Virus record (IMG/VR): IMGVR_UViG_3300008448_000004
Coordinates: 96,001-160,000 of that record
Direction: 5' to 3' (one strand)
Length of the DNA stretch: 64,000 nt
Source: a virus
A program made the translations under genes and the position numbers. Shown here piece by piece: positions 9,341 through 20,729 of the stretch (the stretch's first letter is position 1; each line of letters opens with the position of its first letter). Under the pieces are notes generated by a model. That model worked only from the letters and a program-made list of their open reading frames with translations. It was not told where the DNA came from and made no database searches.

Positions 9341-9384
9341 CTTTTAAAGTATATTGTTTGAGGAAGTATTTACTTATTAAACGC

Positions 9385-9585
9385 TTACTCCTCGTTCAAG
9401 CGTTGCATTTTATCTTTAAATTCTTCTTCTGTTAAATCTCTATAAGTAGGTCCTAAACCGTAATCCATATCTACAAGCACCCAGTCATTCTGAATTAAAA
9501 ACCGGTCGTTGTGTTTTTCGTTCCATTCATATTCTACAAAAACTAAATACTCTTCGTAAGTCTTAAAAGGAAGTTGTTGTGTCAT
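9385..9585 (-). CDS. Hypothetical protein
   Basis: ORF in operon. Confidence 0.55.
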   Translation of the reverse strand: MTQQLPFKTYEEYLVFVEYEWNEKHNDRFLIQNDWVLVDMDYGLGPTYRDLTEEEFKDKMQRLNEE

Positions 9586-9586
9586 A

Positions 9587-10093
9587 TTAGAATAATTGTC
9601 TTATAAGATAATTACTATTTACCGGTAAAGCAAATAAATCTTTATTTTTACCACATAGTTTAAAGTTTCGACCTTTAACGTAGTTTCTCATTTCGTTAAG
9701 ATCGTAAATGTAGCAATGATTATTGTCTAGATCGTAGGTAAGTATGCTATCGGCCTTGGAGGTATAAAACCATCCGAGAGTACCGGTTGGGTGTTTAATT
9801 ACTTCTAAGAAAGTAAATCCGTTCCTAATGTTAGTTTTAATATCTGCACGATCCCATTCTTGGGTACGTTTATTAAAAACTTCTACGTCAAAACCTTTCT
9901 TTTGCTTAAACTTATACTCTTGGTAATCGGTATAGTCTTTTAGTTCTATACCTCTCTCTAAAAGCTGTTCAATAACATTAACTTCACCTGCTCTACCTTT
10001 TTTGTAAGCTTGGGTACTTTCAAACTTATTCATAACTGTTTTATTTTTAATTTTCGTAAGTAGCGCTATTTCTTTCGTTTTCTCTAAACTCAA
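9587..10093 (-). CDS. PD-(D/E)XK nuclease-fold protein (probable start near 10033)
   Basis: KGRAGE helix, GFDVEV, ADIKT (D-x-K) pattern. Confidence 0.6.
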   Translation of the reverse strand: MSLEKTKEIALLTKIKNKTVMNKFESTQAYKKGRAGEVNVIEQLLERGIELKDYTDYQEYKFKQKKGFDVEVFNKRTQEWDRADIKTNIRNGFTFLEVIKHPTGTLGWFYTSKADSILTYDLDNNHCYIYDLNEMRNYVKGRNFKLCGKNKDLFALPVNSNYLIRQLF

Positions 10094-10511
10094 CCTTTAC
10101 TACCTTAACTCTACCTTCTGTTTCTTCTTGTACGAAAGCATTTACTTTTTCAAAAACAAATTTAGCAAATTGCTCTGCTCCTACAGCAGGAAGCTCTCTC
10201 AGCTGTATAACTCCTAAATGATCCATAGTTCTAAATCCGTTAATACCCGGGTCATCTTGTGCTACCAATGTTGTATGGTCAAACATATAATCCATCCAAA
10301 CTTTAGGATTTTTACCATCTATAGTTCCTTTAGCTCGCTTCATGCCTCCAAAATCCCAAACCCAATTACGCTCATCTAATTCACCTTCGAACCAAATCTT
10401 AAAAGATACTCCATATCCATGTAAATACTTACAGTGCGTTCCTTCTGCTTTCCACTGCCTGAATACACAGCTATATCCGTCGAATACTTTTGCTGATGAA
10501 AACTTTGCCAT
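10047..10511 (-). CDS. queD: 6-carboxy-tetrahydropterin synthase
   Basis: CKYLHGY (CxxxHGH-like), DFG, FDHT, VEFREN motifs. Confidence 0.93.
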   Translation of the reverse strand: MAKFSSAKVFDGYSCVFRQWKAEGTHCKYLHGYGVSFKIWFEGELDERNWVWDFGGMKRAKGTIDGKNPKVWMDYMFDHTTLVAQDDPGINGFRTMDHLGVIQLRELPAVGAEQFAKFVFEKVNAFVQEETEGRVKVVKVEFRENERNSATYEN

Positions 10512-10531
10512 ATATTTTACTTTATTTTAAT

Positions 10532-11068
10532 TTAAGACTTTAATGTCAAATCTTCAACTCCTCTCTCCTCCTCAAAACTAACAGGGTAGTTCTTTACTAA
10601 ATGTGAAGGAGGAGCTTGCCGGACAGGTGTGTATTGAGAAGATATCTGCTGATATAAATCTAAAAGCGTACCATCGAAGTCTTCCATGAGTTGCTCTAGT
10701 ACTTCTTTAGCTATTCTAGTCGACTTGGTTACTTGCTTTTTAAAGTCTTCAAGACGAGTAGCTTCATCTTTATGATAATCTTCCATAAGCCTTCTATACT
10801 TTTCCATGTAAAGGCTTTCTATCTCTCTTCGTTTTTCTAAATCCTGCACCCCTACCTGCCTATCTTCTAACTCATACAAAGCGTATTGAGCCATCCAATA
10901 ATATGGAGAGTGGTCAAAATCACCGTTTTTTATCTTATCAGGAATAGGAGCGTAAGGATGTAAGGTATCCTTAACTTTGCAGTTTCGCCACCATTGAAAA
11001 CGGTTATACTTTATCCGAACAAGTTCAGATAGTTTTTGCTCGATAAAAGGTCTTGGATGACGTATCAT
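10532..11068 (-). CDS. Hypothetical protein
   Basis: Long ORF behind a promoter. Confidence 0.65.
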   Translation of the reverse strand: MIRHPRPFIEQKLSELVRIKYNRFQWWRNCKVKDTLHPYAPIPDKIKNGDFDHSPYYWMAQYALYELEDRQVGVQDLEKRREIESLYMEKYRRLMEDYHKDEATRLEDFKKQVTKSTRIAKEVLEQLMEDFDGTLLDLYQQISSQYTPVRQAPPSHLVKNYPVSFEEERGVEDLTLKS

Positions 11069-11071
11069 ACC

Positions 11072-13113
<2,042 letters not shown>

Positions 13114-13157
13114 TTTTAGCGATATTTTTTAAATTTTAGGAATAGAATAACCTTCTA

Positions 13158-13188
13158 CAAATATATGTAGATTAAACCATAAAACCAA
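13158..13188 (-). promoter_or_regulatory. Bacteroidota-type promoter TTGG-N19-TATATTTG
   Basis: Perfect TAnnTTTG -7 box; upstream of nrdJ. Confidence 0.75.
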
Positions 13189-13225
13189 TTTTTATTGAAA
13201 AAGTTATAAAGTTTTTCTACACTAC

Positions 13226-13537
13226 TTACGCAGACGGTGTAGGCGTCGGACTTGGCGTGGCAGCCGGGGTGGCGCTGATGCTTGGGGTTGGAGGAGGGAC
13301 GTCAGCGGCGATTCTTCCGCCATTACCTCCGGGAGATCCTCCTACTATTGTATCTTGAGAGGATTGTACAGATTGTACGTATGTATTTGCTCTCTTCTGT
13401 AGATCAGAAGACGGAGCAGCGGCCTGTTTAACTTGCTTTTCAAATTGCTGTTTTAGCAAATTATTTGCTGATAGTTGATTTATTTTGTCTAGTTGTGTTT
13501 TAGACTCTTTTTCGTACTTGTCCTGTAAACTGGCCAT
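13226..13537 (-). CDS. Late protein with Pro/Thr/Ser-rich tail
   Basis: PPPTPSISATPAATPSPTPTPSA; preceded by late motif. Confidence 0.6.
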   Translation of the reverse strand: MASLQDKYEKESKTQLDKINQLSANNLLKQQFEKQVKQAAAPSSDLQKRANTYVQSVQSSQDTIVGGSPGGNGGRIAADVPPPTPSISATPAATPSPTPTPSA

Positions 13538-13557
13538 TATTTGTAGTTTAGATCTAT

Positions 13558-13565
13558 TATAAATA
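13558..13565 (-). promoter_or_regulatory. Putative late motif TATTTATA
   Basis: 20 nt upstream of ATG at 13537. Confidence 0.6.
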
Positions 13566-13573
13566 TCTAAGCG

Positions 13574-14962
13574 TTACTGAGATGGTCCTTGTAACTCAAA
13601 AAATTTCTTACTTAGAAAATCTCTCTCATCTTTGTTAAAGAGCATCGGATTACCGGATCCTGATTGAGTACTGCCAGATGGGAAGATAACATCGTCTCCT
13701 AACTCCTTATCTTGTATATCTATCGCTCCGGTAGAGGTATCCACTACTGCAGGATAGGTCATTCCATCCATACCGTATCTATTTTTCATAATATGAAAGC
13801 GACCTGTACCTCCAACTTTGTCTTGACGCTTTCTAGAAAGAGACATTGCAAAGTCAGCAATCATAATCTTATCGTATGAACCTGCTGCTTTATCTCCCTC
13901 GATAATTTCGTCTTTTGCACCTGCGCGATTAACTTGAGATACGGTCCAGATCGGTATTTTTAGTTCTCTAGCAAGTCCTTTTGAAGCGGTATATACGTCG
14001 TCAATCTCGTCTTTTCTCTCTGAGATTTTTCTAGGTGATCTTAGAAGATCAACATAGTCGATAATTACTAAGTCAGGCTTATACCCTAGATCGGTACATT
14101 TACGTATGTGCGATTCTATAGTGTTTATCGTAGCTTTACCCATAGGGTATTCTTTAATAATTAACTTCCCTGGTAAGGACTGTATAGTCTGTGCTACTTG
14201 TTCTCTATGTAAGTCTATTTGATCGACGGGTATCTTAGTGAAGAAAGCATCGTAACGTTTACCGACATATGATTGTGAAAGCTCTAGGGTGTAGTGTACT
14301 ACTACTAATCCCATTTGTACAGCAGATGCTCCCATATGTACAAGCGACCAGCTCTTACCTCCTCCTGGATTACCGAATATCAATCCGAAATCGCCAGAAC
14401 CTAGTCCTCCAGCTAGTAGTCTATCTACAACAGGCCATCCTGTAGCTACCGGACTTCTTTCTTCACCTCTATACCTTGTTTCGATATCTTTAAGGTACTC
14501 ATGTCCTATATTCTTATCCTGACCTGCTTTTAGAGCTGAGTCGACAAGTACTCGAATTTCATCGTAATTGCCTATATTTAAAAGGTCGACTGAAGAGAGG
14601 AGTGCTTTCTTTAGCTGTTGATTCTTACAGAAGTTCGAGAATTCTTGTTCTACATACTCTTGATCATCGTAGGTAGCTTTATAAGCTTCCTTCAATTGCT
14701 CGACGACAGTGGTCTTAAGTACTTCGTTATCTATCTTCTTAACTTCAATCTTAAGGGAATCTAGCGTAGGAGTTGTATTGTACTTATAGTAGTATCTTAA
14801 TAACTCTTTGACTACCCACTTGTGACTTGGATTATCGAAGTAGTCTTCGTCTAAGACATCGTGAATATTTTGTAGAAATTCTTTATGTTTCAGCAGTGAG
14901 GCTATAACCTTTATTTGAAACGAATTTCCATAACTTGATAACTGGTGGAGTGCTGTTGGCAT
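13574..14962 (-). CDS. gp41: Replicative DnaB/gp41-like helicase
   Basis: GNPGGGKS Walker A, IIDYVD Walker B, TVSQVNR, KNRYG. Confidence 0.93.
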   Translation of the reverse strand: MPTALHQLSSYGNSFQIKVIASLLKHKEFLQNIHDVLDEDYFDNPSHKWVVKELLRYYYKYNTTPTLDSLKIEVKKIDNEVLKTTVVEQLKEAYKATYDDQEYVEQEFSNFCKNQQLKKALLSSVDLLNIGNYDEIRVLVDSALKAGQDKNIGHEYLKDIETRYRGEERSPVATGWPVVDRLLAGGLGSGDFGLIFGNPGGGKSWSLVHMGASAVQMGLVVVHYTLELSQSYVGKRYDAFFTKIPVDQIDLHREQVAQTIQSLPGKLIIKEYPMGKATINTIESHIRKCTDLGYKPDLVIIDYVDLLRSPRKISERKDEIDDVYTASKGLARELKIPIWTVSQVNRAGAKDEIIEGDKAAGSYDKIMIADFAMSLSRKRQDKVGGTGRFHIMKNRYGMDGMTYPAVVDTSTGAIDIQDKELGDDVIFPSGSTQSGSGNPMLFNKDERDFLSKKFFELQGPSQ

Positions 14963-14975
14963 ATTTTATTTTAGA

Positions 14976-15170
14976 TTATTCAAAAAGAACAAAAGTGAGG
15001 CCGAGAGGTAGAATGGACTTAAATTTGTCATCTGAATGGATCTCTATAATCTGTTCAGGGTAGAAGAATTTAACTTCTGCGTTTCTGTAGAGAGTAGCTT
15101 TACTGTCAGGGTCATTGTAGTTAGTAATAGAAACTCTTTTCTGATCTACGTTGTAAACTAATTTAAACAT
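14976..15170 (-). CDS. Hypothetical protein
   Basis: ORF behind a promoter. Confidence 0.55.
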   Translation of the reverse strand: MFKLVYNVDQKRVSITNYNDPDSKATLYRNAEVKFFYPEQIIEIHSDDKFKSILPLGLTFVLFE

Positions 15171-15193
15171 ATAGCTTTTATTTTTTCTGTAAT

Positions 15194-15224
15194 TTAAAAT
15201 AACTAATTCTATTCAATTATCCAA
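15194..15224 (-). promoter_or_regulatory. Bacteroidota-type promoter TTGG-N19-TATTTTAA
   Basis: 19-nt spacer. Confidence 0.55.
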
Positions 15225-16251
15225 CTTTCTTCTTGTAGGCTTTTAGGTAAGTGAAGGTATCATGTAACCACATTTGGGGATTAGCAATACTCCCTCCTAG
15301 CATATCTTCATTGTACATCCTCAAGAAAGCGGCGTTGTTCATATCCTGTTGAGGGTCGTCTAGAACACTTCTTATAAGTTCTTTATTTTCTTCTGAAATT
15401 AAAGGTTCGTGTAGGTTCATTAGAGTCTCGTTTATCTCTAACTGCTTCCTGTATTGAAGTATGCTACCGTAGAGTTTATTTTGCTCTAATCGCTCTTCTG
15501 ATGCTTCTAGTATGTGAGGTAGTGTGTACCTTGTTGACTGTTTAAACTCTGGAAAAAGTTTAAGTATCTTTTTTGCTTGAAGGCCTCTAATACCGGGTAC
15601 ATTATCTGATTGATCTCCTGCAAGTATTTTATAGTTTAAGTAATTTTGAGGAGTAATACCTAATTCATCTACCACTGCTTTAGGAGAGTAGAATTTCTTC
15701 TTTATAGGACTGTACAGCGTTACTCTGTCGTTGACAAGCTGTAAGTAGTCTTTATCGGAAGATACGATGTATACTTCTTCTTCTAACTGTTTAGATAAAT
15801 ACCCGATTACATCGTCTGCTTCTACCTTATCTACTATAAGTAAATCAACAGGGAGTTGTCTTAGGTAGTCTATCAGCCTTACAATCTGGTTTGTTATAGC
15901 TTCTGATTCTTCTTCCTTCGTATCAAACCCGTCCCAGTTGGTAACTCTGGTTAACTTTCTATTAGCTTTGTATTCAGGGTAGAGGTTTCGTTTTGCTGTA
16001 GATCCTCCTAGTCCATCGAATACTAAAATAACTCGAGTTGGTTTTATAGTTCGGATAACAAATCCTATAGACTTTAAGTACCCGGTTAGACCTCCTATAT
16101 GGTGACCGTGAGCATTCAAATGCTTCACCATTACAAAGGATCTTAAAAAGGTGTTCATGCTATCGATTAAGAGAACCCTGCTATGTAAATGCAGGGTCTC
16201 TTGTTTCGATTCTTTTAGGCTATTAAATATAGCTTGGTATTCTTTATTCAC
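15217..16251 (-). CDS. 5'-3' exonuclease / T4 RNase H-like (GTG start at 16251 preferred to track start 16299)
   Basis: LIDSMN, VFDG, YKANR, EADDVI, SSDKDYLQL, GDQSDNVPGI. Confidence 0.93.
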   Translation of the reverse strand: MNKEYQAIFNSLKESKQETLHLHSRVLLIDSMNTFLRSFVMVKHLNAHGHHIGGLTGYLKSIGFVIRTIKPTRVILVFDGLGGSTAKRNLYPEYKANRKLTRVTNWDGFDTKEEESEAITNQIVRLIDYLRQLPVDLLIVDKVEADDVIGYLSKQLEEEVYIVSSDKDYLQLVNDRVTLYSPIKKKFYSPKAVVDELGITPQNYLNYKILAGDQSDNVPGIRGLQAKKILKLFPEFKQSTRYTLPHILEASEERLEQNKLYGSILQYRKQLEINETLMNLHEPLISEENKELIRSVLDDPQQDMNNAAFLRMYNEDMLGGSIANPQMWLHDTFTYLKAYKKKVG

Positions 16252-17320
16252 TGTCGGATGCTTCAAATATGTCTTTAATATCTTCTTCTGTCTCTTCAAC
16301 TACGTCAAAATCTTTACTGCCTAGTATCTGCAGCCATTCCTTTGAGTGTTCTTTTTTATAATTATCAATCGCTTTCTTATCATCAGGAATAAACCCGTGT
16401 ACAGTCATGATAATTCTACCTTCAGTTGTTACACCGGTAATATGGTTCTTATCACAGCTAACTTTTGTTCTCTTAGCAAACTCAACGTTCTTACCGTTTT
16501 TAGTTGCTTTGATCTTATTAGTACCACTGTTAGATACATTACCGAATGTAATAATAAGTGAAGCGTCGAAGAACATGGTATCACCTCCTTTATTCTTCAT
16601 CTTAGGTTGCTCCATCGGACTTCCGGGTTTTGCAACCCAGATCTTATTTACAGCAAGTAAGGTGTTAGTAAAAGGTTGAGATTCTTTTCTGGATAGTACA
16701 ATCTTCTGATTGATAAAGTTCCCGAATTGTTGAGACATTGCTCCGGCGTTCCATTCGTTATTGTTCTTGTTGGATTCAACCGAAAGTCGGGATGGTATAC
16801 TTCCTACAGAGTCCCATAAGAATAACAGGTCGTAAGGTAGGTTACCTTTCTTCTGCTCATCTAAAAGATCTGCGATAAAAGCTGCTACATCCTCGATAGT
16901 ATTTAAGGATGATCTATCCACATAGATAAAGAATCCTTTATAGTCTACAACTTCGCCAGTATCGGGGTCTGCAATTTCATCTACTTGAAAGCCCATCTGT
17001 TTAGCATGTTCCCAAGACCATTTCATCTCGGTTATAATGAATACAGGTAAGATACCTTTCTTCTGTGCAGACACTGCTGCTTCTAGAAGGGCGGTTGTCT
17101 TACCTGTATCAGAATGTCCTCTAAGTAGTGTAATATGGCCCATCGGTATTCCTGGGATAGATAGAACGTCTTGGTAAGATTGGGATAGTTCAATCCACTT
17201 ATCTTCTTTAAACTTTACATTCCCTACTAGGAATTTATTTTTCTTGAAACCTTCTAAATCAAATCCGCCTTTGATAGCTTTTGAAATAGTCGTATTTAAC
17301 GATTCTTTAGCTTTTGCCAT
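16244..17320 (-). CDS. uvsX: RecA/UvsX recombinase
   Basis: GHSDTGKTT Walker A, LWDSVGS Walker B, VNKIW, GG..MFF. Confidence 0.9.
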   Translation of the reverse strand: MAKAKESLNTTISKAIKGGFDLEGFKKNKFLVGNVKFKEDKWIELSQSYQDVLSIPGIPMGHITLLRGHSDTGKTTALLEAAVSAQKKGILPVFIITEMKWSWEHAKQMGFQVDEIADPDTGEVVDYKGFFIYVDRSSLNTIEDVAAFIADLLDEQKKGNLPYDLLFLWDSVGSIPSRLSVESNKNNNEWNAGAMSQQFGNFINQKIVLSRKESQPFTNTLLAVNKIWVAKPGSPMEQPKMKNKGGDTMFFDASLIITFGNVSNSGTNKIKATKNGKNVEFAKRTKVSCDKNHITGVTTEGRIIMTVHGFIPDDKKAIDNYKKEHSKEWLQILGSKDFDVVEETEEDIKDIFEASDSE

Positions 17321-17332
17321 ATTTTGTTTTTA

Positions 17333-18181
17333 TTAGAACGGAAGGTCATTACCGGGAGTATCTTCTTTAAAAAGATCATCGAACTCTTTATCGATATCCG
17401 GCTTTTGTTTTACGTTTAGAGAATACTTACTGTTCTTAGGAGCAGCAGGCTGTGCTGTTGCTGGAGCTGGTGTTTCAGTCTCTTCCTCTTCTTCTGTAGC
17501 TTCAGTACTACCGGGGTTCAACCATTCGTAAAGACCTTGCTTAAGTTCTTCGTATGTCGGCTTTCTGTACAGCTCAATCGGATCTGGTTGTGTTTCAAGC
17601 CAGACTTTAAGCTGTTTAGCATCTTCAGAAGCAGGAGTTTGTTTAGTCTTAACACGAACTGAAGTCTTGTTAAACTGACGTCCGCTCTGATCAGGACCTA
17701 CTGTCTCTACGATAAGATCGCGACCTTGGTAAGTATCGGTGTAATCTCCTACATCTTCGTCTTCTGCTACAGCAAGAAGCTCCATATAAACCTCTTTACC
17801 GAATTCCCAAAGACGTACGCCCTTGTCTTCTTCGCCTCTAACGATAACTGGTGCAAATACTCTCATCTTCGGTTCTAGCTTTTTAGCTAGTTTAAAATTC
17901 TCAACCGTGTAAGTTTGCTTTTTCAAGCTTTCTGAAAACTCTACGATTGGGTCTTTCTCTCCGAAGTTAACAAGAGAGATCATAGTACGGTTGTTAATAC
18001 CGTAGTGGAAAAAGACTTCCTTAAAAGGATTTTCTTTATTCCATTTGGCAGGAAGCATCCTTACCTGGAATTTGCCAATTGGCGCTTTCCAAATTGACTC
18101 AGCGATCTTGCTTTTGCCACCGCCACCGCGGGTTTGCAAGCTGGCCAATTTTTGCTTAATTAAACTTACGTTCATAGCCAT
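17333..18181 (-). CDS. gp32: gp32-like single-stranded DNA-binding protein
   Basis: VRMLP...NPF...FHY, VIVRGEEDKGVRLWEFGK, acidic tail ending DLPF. Confidence 0.85.
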   Translation of the reverse strand: MAMNVSLIKQKLASLQTRGGGGKSKIAESIWKAPIGKFQVRMLPAKWNKENPFKEVFFHYGINNRTMISLVNFGEKDPIVEFSESLKKQTYTVENFKLAKKLEPKMRVFAPVIVRGEEDKGVRLWEFGKEVYMELLAVAEDEDVGDYTDTYQGRDLIVETVGPDQSGRQFNKTSVRVKTKQTPASEDAKQLKVWLETQPDPIELYRKPTYEELKQGLYEWLNPGSTEATEEEEETETPAPATAQPAAPKNSKYSLNVKQKPDIDKEFDDLFKEDTPGNDLPF

Positions 18182-18222
18182 TTTGATGTATTTTAAAATT
18201 AAAAGTGAACATATATCTTAAA

Positions 18223-18253
18223 CTAAGATAATGAAAAAAATGATAACAGCCAA
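18223..18253 (-). promoter_or_regulatory. Bacteroidota-type promoter TTGG-N19-TATCTTAG
   Basis: 19-nt spacer; upstream of SSB. Confidence 0.65.
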
Positions 18254-18259
18254 CTTTTT

Positions 18260-18682
18260 TTAGAGGCTAATTATCTTATGTATCTTAGTGCTTAGGAGGC
18301 GGATATCATCTCCCTGTGTTAGTAGTACTGTATTTTTATAATCCGCCCATGAAATTCTATAGCTTGTATCTAGAATCCCTTCGTTTAACTGCCTTATTAG
18401 AATGTTTAAGGCATTAATAGTATACAGTGTGTTTGATTCTTTCTTTCTGTGAAGAAGGATCGTATTGTTGAGAATATAAGGAGTTGTATTTTCTGTATCA
18501 ATATTATATGTGCAGAGCAAATCCGTACAATCCTTAGACTCTAATACAAATATTTTATTGTACAGAATCTTATAGTGGGATTTAATCTGATCGAGAGTAG
18601 TGTCTAAACTCTCCTTTGATGTGAATGTACAAAACAGTCTATTCATATAATCAATACCGCTGTAGTCGAAATTATCTATCAT
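18260..18682 (-). CDS. Hypothetical protein between polymerase and SSB
   Basis: LFCTF...CTYNI...LHRKKESNTLYTINALN; coupled to the pol gene. Confidence 0.7.
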   Translation of the reverse strand: MIDNFDYSGIDYMNRLFCTFTSKESLDTTLDQIKSHYKILYNKIFVLESKDCTDLLCTYNIDTENTTPYILNNTILLHRKKESNTLYTINALNILIRQLNEGILDTSYRISWADYKNTVLLTQGDDIRLLSTKIHKIISL

Positions 18683-20010
18683 AAATAGTTGGTTTTCATT
18701 AAAGAATCGTAATCCTTACCGTACTTTGCTTTTACCGGATATTTACTTTCTCGCAAGAGGCTAACAATCTCTAGCAGGAGTTCTTTTCCGTCCTCTACGT
18801 TAAAATCTAATAAGAAAGAGTCGTATACTACTAGGCTTATAAAACTCTTCTTCCCTTCTAATATAGCTTGAAGTTTTGTCAGTAATTCTACGTTTGTTTT
18901 AGTTTCTAAATTTTGTATAAAGTAATTAAATAGTTTGAGTAAGTATATGTCTTCGGATACTTGTAAGGTTCGTCCAGTCGGTAATTGAACTCCTTTCCCG
19001 TACTGGTATGTATTCCAAAGATCATCAAGGTAGGTGCTTAGAGCTTTGTAGAAAGGAATCTCTCTATACTCTTCTTTAATGCCTCCGTATATGTTTTGGA
19101 AGGTTATTTGCTTAGCTTCCTTATATTCTTCTTCTGTGATAGTATCTCTGTTAAAGTACTGTTTTGCAAAATATGTATGAATCGATTGATCTTCTGGTAA
19201 TTCGAAGTTAATCAAATTAGCAATAAGTCTTACGTGGTATGCATCAAAATCAAACTCGACAAAGTAATGGTTCTGAGGTATGAAGCATTTTCTAGAGTGG
19301 TTTTCTTTATTTAGGGCTAGAAAGTTAATACCGTTGAATGCATTTGTAGGTCTCGCAGTTACATTGTACAGGTTATAGTTTGTATATATTATCTGATCTT
19401 CGTAAGAATCTGTTATACTGTGCGGAGTAAAAAATTCTCCAAAGCATTGAGTATCTATTTTAAGTCCTGCTTCTTCTACCTTTTTATAAACTTTTTCGTA
19501 TTGAGAATAAAATTCTAGATCTAAACGAAAAGTCTTAATACAGGTCTCAACTTTAATATAAAGCTCTTCCCAGTATTCGTAGAGTTTCGATATCGGTATA
19601 ACTCTGTTTATATCTTTGTAAACACCGGTGTATCGTTGATAGTAGATGTTTATAAGGGGTGAATCTCCCCTATTCTCCATAGGTTTCTCCCCTCTTTCTA
19701 AAAAACAATAATTGAGGTCTATTAAAGAAAGATCTAAGTAATATGAATGGTATTTACTGTTTAAACAGTATATCTTACTAGCTTTCGATAGTACCTTAAC
19801 TACTTCGAGTATATTAAGTGAAAAGCCTTCCGAATGATCTAGAACTACAATATATCCTTTGTTTTCCGATACGGGACGTATGTAAAGTAGAGAAGGTTTT
19901 GCTAGACGGGGATGCTGATTATCGTTATTAGAGATTAGATTTATGAAGCATGAATCTAGCTTCTCTCCTAACTTTTCTAACTGTTCTTGAGTTTCTACTA
20001 TGTAGTGCAT
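18679..20010 (-). CDS. Compact, divergent family-A DNA polymerase
   Basis: TARPTN, motif A DFDAYHVRL, motif B EAKQITFQNIYG, motif C VYDSFL. Confidence 0.85.
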   Translation of the reverse strand: MHYIVETQEQLEKLGEKLDSCFINLISNNDNQHPRLAKPSLLYIRPVSENKGYIVVLDHSEGFSLNILEVVKVLSKASKIYCLNSKYHSYYLDLSLIDLNYCFLERGEKPMENRGDSPLINIYYQRYTGVYKDINRVIPISKLYEYWEELYIKVETCIKTFRLDLEFYSQYEKVYKKVEEAGLKIDTQCFGEFFTPHSITDSYEDQIIYTNYNLYNVTARPTNAFNGINFLALNKENHSRKCFIPQNHYFVEFDFDAYHVRLIANLINFELPEDQSIHTYFAKQYFNRDTITEEEYKEAKQITFQNIYGGIKEEYREIPFYKALSTYLDDLWNTYQYGKGVQLPTGRTLQVSEDIYLLKLFNYFIQNLETKTNVELLTKLQAILEGKKSFISLVVYDSFLLDFNVEDGKELLLEIVSLLRESKYPVKAKYGKDYDSLMKTNYL

Positions 20011-20026
20011 TAACCTTTATTTACAA

Positions 20027-20057
20027 TAAAAATATAGAAGTTATTTCTACTTATCAA
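20027..20057 (-). promoter_or_regulatory. Bacteroidota-type promoter TTGA-N19-TATTTTTA
   Basis: 19-nt spacer; upstream of polymerase. Confidence 0.55.
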
Positions 20058-20716
20058 CTTTTACTTGGTACCGCAAACTTGCTATACTCTTCACCGATAT
20101 AAGTCTTTAATCCAGGAAAAGTTTTATCTTTAGTCTCCACAAGTCTTTTATTCGTATCTACGATACCAGCAACAGGGTATTGCTTATTTACTCTATCGTC
20201 CTTTAGAGGTCCTGTTAGCTTCCAAAATAAGTCTATAACTTGATAAAGATAATCTTGTAGTCTAGACTTTCTATTCCTCATAGTATCATAATTCTCTTTT
20301 GAAATCTCTATAATGTTAGAAGATTCATTTACTTTTTTTGCAAAGTACCTTAAAAAATAACCTCGTTCATAATCCTCCTGGGTGGGTTGTGGGTAGTAGG
20401 GAGTCAACTCTCTTAAGACAACTCCATAAGCGTCTGTATCAGGCTCTCCTTGTGCGAGAGAAACATTTTTAATTTGTTCGTAGCTCAATACAGCGTCTAG
20501 GTCAAACTTACCAGTGCTAACTGATAAATTAGAGGCGGTTTCTATCGGTGTAAGTTTTACATTAGCGTTACTATCAAAAGGATCTGATCCTGTAAAAAAT
20601 TTTCCATCAAAAGTCTTATAATAAGAACCTCTGTATTCTTCTCCTTTTATTGTAAATTCACCTCCGGTTGTTACCTGGTTTGTTATTATTCTGTTTTTAG
20701 GATAATATCTAATCAT
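20054..20716 (-). CDS. Baseplate-operon hypothetical (probable virion protein)
   Basis: Last gene of the baseplate block. Confidence 0.6.
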   Translation of the reverse strand: MIRYYPKNRIITNQVTTGGEFTIKGEEYRGSYYKTFDGKFFTGSDPFDSNANVKLTPIETASNLSVSTGKFDLDAVLSYEQIKNVSLAQGEPDTDAYGVVLRELTPYYPQPTQEDYERGYFLRYFAKKVNESSNIIEISKENYDTMRNRKSRLQDYLYQVIDLFWKLTGPLKDDRVNKQYPVAGIVDTNKRLVETKDKTFPGLKTYIGEEYSKFAVPSKS

Positions 20717-20729
20717 ACTACATTTAGTT

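Noticed and set aside
16252-16299. ORF-track N-terminal extensions overlapping upstream genes (also 10093, 6790, 11288)
   Set aside because: Downstream starts adjacent to the upstream stop fit better; not treated as overprinting
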